From contig QPGO01000132.1 of assembly GCA_008632985.1 (NCBI GenBank), forward strand, positions 186,001-233,848: DNA of 47,848 bases. The letters run 5' to 3'. This document shows positions 22,625-33,029 of this stretch, piece after piece. This DNA is from Psammoneis japonica (Eukaryota). The translations under genes were made by a program, and so were the position numbers. The notes beneath the pieces are model-generated. The model was not told where the DNA came from. It did not search any database and saw nothing but the letters and a program-made list of their open reading frames with translations. Positions within the stretch are counted from its first letter, which is position 1. Each line of letters begins with the position of its first letter.

Positions 22625-25600
22625 CTATTTCAATCGTAATGAAGCATCATGTCCTCGTTGCTGTGTACTGCAAATGGTCGAAACGTGTTCTCGAAACTCG
22701 CTTCGTAGCTCGTCTGCCGTCAGTAGCATGACTTCGGAAAACAGCGGTCTCAGAAAGCAATCCACCAACCCTTCCATACCCAGCGATAGCAAGAGTGCTC
22801 CCATGATGGCTTTCATGGAGAACTGAAGATTCTCCGTGTGTTCCTTGGGAACCTTCTTACCGTTGCAACCGTAGAGTCGACCTCCAGCGAGACCAACATA
22901 TTGTGGCGACTTGTCGCGACTACCGATTCGTTTGTAAAATTCATCCATTCCAATGATCCAACCTCCTTTAGATTTCCATTCCAAAACACCCATTGTTTCG
23001 GCAATCGACAGTGTACACTTGAAATTCAAAATGTCTTCGGAATCACAATCGTACAAGCACTTGTCGATTCCAGCTTTAAACATGATGTACACTACAACAT
23101 CGTCATTCATGGCGCATGCTTTAAGCATGTTTAAATCGCCAGCCGTGGCGGTGGGATGCAATTGGTAAAATGCTTGTTTCATGTACAGCTCGAGTGCATA
23201 GTGACCAATGTGAAAGAGGGAATCGCGAAACAGGGCAAGACGAATCAAGCCATTCTCCAATTCATTACTATTTGCCAAGGAGCTCGAGTTGTCGTCGTTG
23301 TCGCTGAGACTATCGTCAAACAAGGCACATCGAATTAATATCTTGGACATGGGAGCTTCCAATTTTTCGTTCCGAACCCCAGTCTCGTCTTTCATGAATG
23401 ATTCCAAGACATCCAAGAGTTCTGACCTACAGGTGTCAAGCTTTTGTGATACTTCAATGTGATCCTCTAGAATCTCTTGAAGCTTTTTGACTTGAGCATG
23501 CCACGCCTTGTCTAATTCAAAAGGATAGCCGCTATTCAAGCACGTGTGATCGCTTGGCACCCGAAACCACCGCGACAATGATTCTTCGCCTAGAGAATCA
23601 TTCTCATCCAAAAGAGGCAGCCGAAGCTCTTCCAAGAGCGCAACAACAAGATCCTGGCCATTTTCGATGCTATTGCTACGCCCCGAAAGATACGCTACAG
23701 CCAATAAGCTTTCAACAACATCACCAGCATGCTTGTCTGCGATTTCTGCCTGCAAAGCCTTGACATTCTCAGGCTGCTGTTTGCTTTGGTCCTTGTAGGC
23801 GGTCTGCCATTCCCAACGGCCCATTTGAATGAGCTGAATTGCTCCGATTCGCAGCGAAGCGTCAAAGAGGGCCTTGTTTTCTGCGGCTGCGCTGTGAATG
23901 GAGCTCAAGTCTTCCCAATCCCAAAGCAACGACGAGTTTCGAGCAACCAGATTGAGTCCCATGTAATAGCTGAGAACAGCGTCACCCAAATGTTCCAGGC
24001 GTTCGTACGTGATGCAAGGACGAATGGTCGTCGCCTTGTCAAGTGCTGATTCCAGGGACGGGGATTGTTGATACGGTGATTCGAGCTGACGATTGTAGAT
24101 GCCATAATTTTCATCGAACGATTCAGCAAATGAGCGAATCGCGATTGCTCTCTCTAACGCGGGCATGAACTTGTCTGCCATATTACAAACATAAAGCACA
24201 TCCCGAGGCATAGGCAAAGCAAACACAAGCTCTGGAATAATGTAGCTATCGTCGCCCGTTGCACCTCTGGAACCGCCTGATATCGGATCGTGGTCTGTGT
24301 GTTTTCGCACAACAGTGACAGGTAGCAGCTTCAGGCTGGGGTACCGAATCTCAATGCCATACTTCTTCAGGTAAACCTCACGAAACGTTGCTCTTCGCAG
24401 GTCTAGATGGAATTTTCGTTTGGTGCTCTCACACAGTTCATTGTCAAGCGATGCTGCTTCTTCACCTGACAAAAATGCCGAACGCGAAGTGCGCGTCCAG
24501 TCATCGTTTGCATCCCCGTGAATATATAGCTCATGTCTTGCTGGCTGCCTTTGGGTCAGAAATCGATTCGCCAACGTGGAGGAAGGGAGGAGCATCATCT
24601 TTGGTTGCACGAGACCATTGTAGCAGAACGCAACAAAAGATCCCGCAGCAAGCACCGCCCCCGACACTAATTCCCATTCTTTCAATTGTGACCATGGTAT
24701 CAGAGACGACAACGTCATTGCTGATACCCCTCGGGTGTATAGGTTTGGGGCAAAGACGACAAGGGCGAGAAGACCCAAGTTACACCCGATAGCCGCAAAG
24801 TCCAATTCGCCAAGAAAGGGGAGAGATAACCTAGAAGCCACGGGTAAAAGGTATTGCAATGGTCGCTCTTCGCTCACCATCTGCAGCACGGTCCAGTCAA
24901 TCGAAATCGATTCGTCTGAATCATCTCTGCACAAGGGCACAAACATGTAGGTCCGGCCGAGTGGCGAGCCATCAACGAGTGGGACAGTGTCTTCTTCTGC
25001 ATCACCCGCAAGGCCTTCTGGGTTCATTCGCTTGTGAAGGCCATAAACTTTCCAACCTGGAATTGTAGTGTTGAACTTTTTCATCCATTCCAACCGTGTA
25101 GTATAATCCTGTATTTTGCTGCTCTTCTCGTCTTCAAGGTCAACGAATGCACGATTTCTCAGCATGACATTCAGTTTGGAAGGCTCGTCTGGAAGTTCAA
25201 ACTGAGCTTTGAACACCGGAGACGCATTGTTGCTATCTGCCACGTTTGTATTATTATCTGTGGCCACAATATCCTCTGCAAACAGTATTCCTAGTCGGGT
25301 AGCACAATCGCTCTCTAGGCCCATCCTGCTGCTGACAAGTGGCGTCCCGTCTGCTTCTGTCAACAAGAGTTCATACAAGCAGAGTCGACGACGACTATTT
25401 TGCAGTGATCCATTCGCCCAATGTGGCAAGGGACAGGTATAAGCCGCTTTCTTTTCCTTGTTTACGCTCGTAAATAGATGATTCACATGATGCCAGTCTA
25501 TCGTTGAAGGGGTTTCTTCTCTGGTAGTCGTTTTGATTGTTGCCATCTCGTTTCGCAGAGTTGACACGGCGCTCTGTATGGCTTCAAGCTTGGAACTCTT

Positions 25601-26667
25601 TGGTTGACCCACCACAGACAATTCTGCAGGTGACGTGATGACGAGCTGCAACACAATTTCATCTCTTGCGCTTTCCATCCATTGGGCAGCACACTTGTTT
25701 CAGGTGGTGCGTATTGGTGAAAGGATGCAGTCAGAGAGTTGAAACCAATGCCCATTTGATAAAGCTCCATAGCCCAGCCGGGAAAATCGGTACGAACTTT
25801 CTTTGTACGTGGTTGATCAACAGTAGTTTCCTGTAGTTCACCATTCACTACCGAGGCCGGGTTTGGAGATTTGGGTACTTCTTGTACGGTACAATCAACA
25901 CCAGAAGACAATGATGCTTCCATGAAGGAATGAAATAGAATTCGACCCTCATAGACAACACCTGTGGCTTTTAGGCCTTCAAGCGCGGATAGTGCAGCGC
26001 TCTTCTTGGCTGCCTTTTTGCTTGAAAAACAAACGTATTTTCCATCAAGTACATGGTAGCTTCCAAATATGGCGTCGAGCTTGTCGATCAAACGGCATGG
26101 ATCCTTGTCGCTGTTGAGAAGGAGTGATTTTGGTATACCCGAATGGAAAACCCTGTCTGGATGAATTGGACACGAAAAGATACATCTCCAAAAGATGCGA
26201 TCACCCACATGACATGCAATTTCTGCAAAGCTCTTTTTCAGACTCGTAACTCCCTGCCTTTGATAGTATTCGTGCAGCCTCGCGACTGGATCTCTTTCTT
26301 GACAAGCTTCCAATACCTTCAAAGTCAATTCGCTCAGTAAGTCCGAGTCTTTGTCGATTTCATCATGTGGCGTAGGCAGCGAGCCTACTTCAACCTCCTT
26401 TATACCGTTTGTTTGTATTTCTTCAGCTAGCTCCTGAGTAGTTGGGATAGATGATGGTCGCGGCGACGCTTCACTCTTGTGATGGCTCGAAAGAGATTCC
26501 AAGTCGTCATCATCCTTGTCATTTTCCTTTCCACGAATGTTTCCACTTGTTGGTGTGCACCCGAGGGGAGAAATGGATCTGCCGAGTAAAAAAAGGGAAT
26601 CTCCCAGACTTGCTGTACGTGTCTTGTTTGCTGGCAACGACAAGCTAGATTGTCGGAGCGCCTCCAT
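22625..26667 (-). CDS. DCR: Dicer-like protein (N-terminal dsRBD-like domains, PAZ-like region, RNase IIIa, degenerate RNase IIIb), split over two frames near 25650
   Basis: dsRBD-like DPVARLHEYYQ...SSKKAAKKSAALSAL. PAZ/connector TFREVYLKKYGIEIRYP...IIPELV. RNase IIIa ERLEHLGDAVL...GDVVESLL. Second RNase III-like DSLFHIGHYAL...FSMKAIMGALLL. ORFs 25498..26667 and 22625..25678 overlap in different frames. Confidence 0.85.
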
Positions 26668-26862
26668 GATGACACTATACTAACGCCTGTTTCCAGAGGA
26701 AATCAACAATAATTGCATCTTTGTGACAACTTCACGAGAACATTGTACCATACAACGAGTCAATTAACAAACACACGACACCTGCAAAGCTCAACTGTAT
26801 GTATACTGTAGATGCTTTCTCCAACAAGTTCGCTACTACCCTAACGCATCAATCCGCATCCG

Positions 26863-26931
26863 CAAAACTACCACAAAAAAAATGAATCCAAAAAAAAAAA
26901 AACAGAAAGCGTCGTGAGAAAGAGTGAGAAC
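26863..26931 (+). repeat. ~65-bp A-rich direct repeat, copy 1 (copy 2 at 31077..31137)
   Basis: CAAAACTACCACAAAAAAAA...CAGAAAGCGTCGTGAGAAAG.GTGAGAAC versus CAAAACTGCCACAAAAAAAA...CAGAAAGCGTCGTGGGAAAGTGAGAAC. Confidence 0.8.
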
Positions 26932-27429
26932 GAAGCTGCGGGAAAGTCAGGTTATGAGCCAAAACTAGCGCTCTGATGCTGTCGTGAAACAAGACTGTGT
27001 CGTGCGCTGGGTACACCATCCACGACCCCATGTTGGCGGAAACAGTCTGCGTGCGGTTCACGTGAAAGACGGCAAGACCGTCGATTTTTTCAAGAGAACA
27101 AGACGATTTCGGCCCTCTAGTTCAAGTTTAAGCCTAGGACCAGATTTAATTCTTGACAGGGTATTGCCACCACAATTGAGAGCCATTGAGCAGCCAGTTT
27201 GCATGATGGCAGTGACGCAGAAATCTGATGGAAAGAAAACGCAAAAATGAGTGCGGTGCGGTGCTGCATTTTTGTCTGCGTTTGGAATCCCTGTCGCAGG
27301 CTCCAGCAGCTTACAACAGATGTATCATGCTACAGTGTCTAAGTGCATGTCATGACTAATGAAAAGAAACAGTTTGTCATCCATTAAAAATGGAGCCAAT
27401 GCAGATTACAGCAACATGCTGTTGCGATT

Positions 27430-28283
27430 CAATCCCTGCAAAATTGCGACCCCGACTGAACCTTGTCCGGCTTCGGCAATGGAACGTCTTCAACTTTTGG
27501 CTCCACATGGTGAATCCCACTCGTGCTCTTTACATGCTCTGGGTCCTCCGCTCCGTAGCCGTCATTGGCTTCGACCCTCTCGTTCTCTCCCAAACAGTGC
27601 TTGACAGAGTGACGGAAGATTTCGAGATCGGGCCAATCTCCACAAGGAGACGGCCGTTGATCCACACAATGTCGCCGGTCAAAATGCACACACAAACTTC
27701 ATGCCGGAGGCCAGCCTTTTTGAACTTGAAAGAACAAAATGCCTTTGGGTTTTTCCCTTGGCTGGTTGCTTGACAATCGGCACAATCGACTGTCACCAAG
27801 CAGTCGAGGCCCTTGTCTCCAACGAGACGATTCGACCACACAATCTGTGAAACCCGCAGAGGAAAAGGTTAGACTGAGCATCATTCACATGACACAATCA
27901 GGCTGAAAACTTGCCACTTCGAACTCCAAACACGAAACTCGGTCAACAAAGAACCAACTCCACTTGCAAAACGTCTGTTCGTCAACTCCGCCGCATTTGC
28001 AAGCAAGGTCTTCTTCGGTTTTGCATGTTTTCACCAAAAGCAATGCCCAGAGTAGATGAACTGGCTTTGCATGTTTCTCATCTTTATCTGGCTCTGATTC
28101 TGGGTTGGGAATGCCAATCCTCAGCCCAATCCAGACGTCGACACAGACAGCGGGCTCAACAGCAAAGTGAGACATCCACCGTCGGTCGAACACCACTTCG
28201 CTCCCAGTCCACGGGTGGCGGTTCATGATTTCACTGCCAAGTTCAATGAATGTGTCGTGGTTGGGACCCAGCTTCTTCTTCAT
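27430..28283 (-). pseudogene. PIF/Harbinger-type transposase, inactivated; intron 27845..27914
   Basis: HLLWALLLVK, VDEQTFCKW, LVTVDCADC, FKFKKAGLRHEVCVCILTGDIVWING, CGDWPDLEIFRH and ERVEANDGY resemble the DDE_Tnp_4 layout. Frameshift after WING; the C-terminus appears truncated. Confidence 0.8.
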
Positions 28284-28644
28284 GGGGGGTCCTGCCGTGG
28301 CATCACCCTGTGGGCATCGACGACATTGTGGGGTGTCGTTTTCTCCGCAAAACTGGGCCCACCAAGATGGATGCAACACCAATGATTCTTGTGCAGTCTC
28401 AAACATGTGTTTTTTGGCAAGCCGTTAAAAGTCATGTGTTGATGCAGTGCGGTTGTGCGACGACACAGGCAAATGCTTTCGAACTGCTTCGCACAGCACC
28501 GTGATGCACTGCGCTCAACAGCTGTGATTTGAGTTGGAGTTCTTGATCCATCAAGGTTGTGTGATAAAATGCAATGTTTTAGCTTGCACACATGTGAAAT
28601 GTAATTTTTGTATCTCTGTGGATGTGCAATTTTTCAGAATCTGG

Positions 28645-28750
28645 AATTTTGACCGGACTTTTCGATTTTGACCGAAAAAAGAAAGTCCGGTCAAAATTCA
28701 AATTTTCGGTCAAAATGAGCCGAAAAAAAAGAGGCATTTTCGGCTCACTT
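28645..28750. repeat. Cluster of short inverted and direct repeats (TTTTGACCG / CGGTCAAAA), probable TE subterminal binding sites
   Basis: TTTTGACCGGACTTT...AAAGTCCGGTCAAAA, TTTTGACCGAAAA...TTTTCGGTCAAAA, and TGAGCCGAAAA...TTTTCGGCTCA. Confidence 0.6.
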
Positions 28751-29329
28751 CAGTGGCCTGCTGTCTGCAACCAAAGCCCGTTTGACAGCAGGCCGCTGCT
28801 TGTTCAAGGAGCACCACACAACTGCCACTCAGAATCATCCTTCTTCATGTCATCTGTGGATTAAATCTAAAGACATACAAGGTTGCACAGACATGAAAAA
28901 ACTGACCTGAAAATGGTTTTCAGCTCACTTTAGCCTCATTCACATTTTGTGTGATTGCATCAGACGGCAGCACTGAGGTGCTTTCTGATTGCTTGTTTGC
29001 ACAACTCTTTGACAGTGTGTCATTGTGTCATCCAACGGCCTTTCGCATGAAGACAGGAAGGATTGAAGTGACCGGAAAATGAAAAAGACCCATTTGAAAT
29101 TTTGGGCCGAATTCAATTTTTCCGGTCGGATTAATCGGATGTCCGTTGCTTGACCAGAATTCTCTCAACAGACCGGAAATTTGGCGTTGACATCCAATGA
29201 TCACATTCAGTTTTACAGCTGTTGTTGTCAACGTCACTGTAAAAGCTTGCACGCAATTTTGTCGTGTGTCTCTGCGTCACCCACACAACGAAAACGTGGC
29301 ATGGTGCACGCAGGCAGCCCAAACGAAGG

Positions 29330-30713
29330 CTCTCGATGGCTTTTGAAGAACAAAGCCAAGGCTCCACACTCGCTCAGGAGCCAAGACACTGACGCATCCA
29401 CCTGCACTTTGGAGCTTGATCATCATTGTTTGCTTGCTCCTGTCAATGGGACCGCGTTGGGGAACAAAGCAATGTCACGAGTGCACAAAGCACTTTAACT
29501 TGTTCCATGCCAGCAAAGCCAAAGAGGGCTGGGACCCGAAGAACACCGAGGAGGCGCGCATCAAGTCCAAGGTCGCGACGTCGGAAATCATCCATCCGTT
29601 TCTGCATCGCAACCTTGGTGGTCACAAAGATCACAAATCGTCTGACAAGGCTCTCGGTGGCTACAAAAGAGCCTCCAGTGAGCATTTTGTTGAGTTGGTC
29701 ATTGACGGAACCCATCAAAGTGCGTGAATTGTCGCTTCACCCTGTTGGTTGTTGTTCACGCTCACATTCGCCGCGACTCACGATGATCTTTTTTTTCCTT
29801 GACAGAAGCATGACCAGCAGATGAGGAGAAAACAGGCGCACGGGCAACTCAAGAAACAGCAGGACAAGGGGTTGCACGGCTGCCACAAGCCGACGACAGC
29901 GACTGCGAGTTCGAGGAGCAAGAAGACGAATCTGAGGAGGAGGCAGATGATGAAGGCAACGGCGGCAAGCAACAAGAACCCACAAGCACTGGCAATGTGA
30001 AGAGCCCCAGTGCTGTGCCAAGCAAGAAGTCCAAGATGAAGAGGACTCCCAAGAGCTCCTCAAAAAAGAAGTCGGGTGCAGAAGACTCTCGTCTTGCAAG
30101 AGAAATGCAGGAGAAGCTGAATGTCTCCAGCCACGTGCGCTGCATCCGAGACGACATTTTGCCACACTCCCTTCATGTCTGGACAGAGCCGGACTCGGGG
30201 ATCAACTGCGTCACGATCGAAATCAAGCTCCTTAGCACGATGGTGGCGCAGGACTGCAAGCCGAGCATTGCACGCGATGGCACAGAGGCAACTGTGGAGT
30301 GCAAGTTCCCAAATGGCGGGGACCTGATGGACCCAGCACACCTTTTGTTGACTCACAAGGATCACATTGATTTTTCAGATCAGCACCCGAAGCATTCAGC
30401 TAAGCAGAAAGCAATGAGGGCCTTGAAAGAGTTGAGTTTTGACAAAGAAGAAGACAGGAAGCTCCATGTTGAGCTTCCTTTCCCTTGCGATTTGAGTGGA
30501 TTCTATGATCCACTCAAGGATGAGGATAACCAGCATCCAGCAGTCAACCTGTGTCCGATTCATCCGCGGGAGAGTGTCCCTGAAGGTGCACCGAAAGCAT
30601 CTGTGAAGAAACCAGAGCTGACCCTGGAGAGCTTGGAAAAACCTGGGCGCACGCAAGAGGACGTGTCGGCCAGTTTCTTCCAGGCAGTGGCACACAATGT
30701 AGTTGCAATCTAG
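29330..30713 (+). pseudogene. Decayed gene divergent from the Harbinger transposase, possibly the element's second ORF; probable intron ~29720..29805
   Basis: Protein-like ORFs 29416..29727 and 29997..30713 with an acidic/Lys-rich linker. TpA-poor with CpG retained. Confidence 0.4.
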
Positions 30714-31525
30714 ATTGCATTGTTTGGGGTGCTTTCATCTAGCTCTAATTTTTCCATCGGATGTTTTTCAAATCTAGCTCTTGCTTGTGCAAGGTGCTTG
30801 CTTGCGAGCAGCATGTGCTGGGCCAACCAATGGGGTCTGGCACTCCTGAATGAAATCAGAATAAGAACATCAGCCTGGCGAGACGTCTGGACAAACTCCT
30901 TTCACATCGTAATTGACCTGCCGTTCACGGCAGTGGTCTTCTTCCCGTGTGGATCCGCAGCTGACCTGGATGCGCAGACGACTGATCTGCGCCAAATCCC
31001 GTTTCGCGTTTGCAGAACAGGCACCCAAACTTTGCACATCAGAACATGACTTTCCCGCAGCTTCAACCCGGAAAGCCAAAACTGCCACAAAAAAAAGAAT
31101 AAAAAAAAAACAGAAAGCGTCGTGGGAAAGTGAGAACCCGGAAAGCCACGCACAGACAGTCGCGGCTGTCGCCGCTTTTCTCGTTTGTCCACTGCAGCGA
31201 CATTCAGCAGCTAGACTGGGGCCAAATCAATCCAGGAGTGGAGAGGGCTTTACCAGCACAGGCTTGCACTCTCCCAAGAAAACCCAGGCTGGACGGCAAG
31301 GGCCAGAGGGCGGGAGAGGTGGGAGCATCAAAAGCTGTCTGCTTTGACTTGCTGTTGTTGTCTTGAAAGAATGAGTGAGCTTCATTGGATGGGCAGCTCA
31401 TGCGTTGCTTGTGCATTCAATGGAATTGGGAATCTTGCTTGGTGCATTGCTTGAGGCCAGCAGCTGTCACTGCTTTTCTTGTTTGTCCACTGCAGCGAAG
31501 TTCAGTGGCTGGACGCCACCAGGAC

Positions 31526-32243
31526 CAAGCCAATCCAGGAGCAGAGAGGGCTTCACTGGCGCAGGCTTGCACTCTCCCAAGAAAACCCAGGCTGGATGGC
31601 AAGGGCCTCCAGCTTCTCCAAAGGAGGCCCAAGTGAATTTTGGGTGGGAGAGGTGTGACCGGCTGGCGGGCTGTGGCGCTTGGGGCATGCAGCCAGTCGC
31701 AGGATGGCATGGATTGCTCACACTGATCCGGACCTGGGCGGCATGCGAACTTTTCCTTTGGGCAGTCATGGTGTTGTTTGGCTTCATGCTGTGTTGGCAG
31801 TGGTGCCCATTTGCCTTGCCGTGCTGCAGGACCTGTGTTGGGATGAGTGGGAGGTGGGGTGTTGGCAGCACCACAGCAGACAACAAGCCAATCCAGGAGT
31901 GGAGAGGGCTTCACTGGCGCAGGCTTGCACTCTCCCAAGAAAACCCAGGCTGGATGGCAAGGGCCTCTCCAGCTTCTCCAAAGGAGGCCCAAGTGAATTT
32001 TGGGTGGGACAGGTGTGACCGGCTGGCATGCTGTGGCGCTTGGGGCATGCAGCCAGTCGCAGGATGGCATGGATTGCTCACACTGATCCGGACCTGGGCG
32101 GCATGCGAACTTTTCCTTTGGGCAGTCATGGCGTTGTTTGGCTTCATGCTGTGTTGGCAGTGGTGCCCATTTGCCTTGCCGTGCTGCAGGACCTGTGTTG
32201 GGATGAGTGGGAGGTGGGGTGTTGGCAGCAACACAGCAGACAA
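31526..32243. repeat. Near-perfect ~360-bp tandem duplication, with an older partial copy at ~31170..31305
   Basis: 31526..31883 and 31884..32243 differ at only a handful of positions. Confidence 0.95.
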
Positions 32244-32764
32244 AATGGTGCTTTCTTGCGTGCCAGACTCATTTTTCACTGCTGGTTGTTTGCTCGCAGC
32301 ACGTTCTTTTGGCTTGCTTGAGCCCATGCACCAAGAGAACAACAGCTCACCCCCCTGGCTCTTTTTGTGTGAGGTGGGTTTTGGACAAAAAGCAGTTGAC
32401 TGCAGAGTGCAGTGTGCAGTGTGCGCAGCCCATGAGCTGCGGACATTCTTTGGGGCACAGGCTTTGTGCATGTCCTTTGGGCATGGTGCAAGACTGGCCA
32501 GACAGAAAGGCACACCCATGTGCTCGCAAGCTCCCAAAACATTTGTTGAGAAAAAGCACATTTTGTTGCAAGCCATTGTTTCCATTGAGATGTTGCACCA
32601 GCCTGTGTTTGTTGGGAAAAATGAATCAACAAACAACACATGCACGGCTGAAAAGTGCTCAACGAGAGCTTTTGATCAGTGTCTGCACCTTCAAATTGAC
32701 CATGCGAGCCATTTCGAGGTTTGGGTGTGTGGTGATGTTGCCCATGTTTGTTGTGTGTGCAATT

Positions 32765-33022
32765 GTCAGGCAATCCATTCAACAACTTTTGACATTTTTT
32801 TCTTCTGCACCACACTCAAAAGTCTTAAGAATGGCACAGGGCAGGTGGATCATCCAAAACTTTGAGCACTGACAGGGGGACACATGTGCCACAAACTCAG
32901 TTTTGTTTGCTTTGTGTTGAAGACAAATGTGTCCATCAACCAGAGTGCAAACTGCAGAGCTTGCATGCAGAATTCTGTGGGGCAAATGTCACAAAAAGTC
33001 CCGCCCAGGGCTGGAACGAATC
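32765..33022 (+). mobile_element. Decayed copy of the MITE family at 44199 and 44881
   Basis: Aligns to 44330..44548 (AACTTTTGACATTTTTT...GTCTTAAGAAT.GCACAGGGCAGGTG...GTGCCACAAACT...GAATTCT) and ends in CTGGAACGAATC, like the family terminus CTGGAACCCGTC. Confidence 0.75.
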
Positions 33023-33029
33023 AGGAAGG

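Noticed and set aside
27248..28520. Possible Harbinger TIRs at ~27250 and ~28500
   Set aside because: Only weak, gapped similarity and no clear TSD.
31375..32865. 496-aa Cys/Trp-rich ORF
   Set aside because: It has no Tyr, spans a tandem duplication and a MITE remnant, and is open only because stop codons are depleted.
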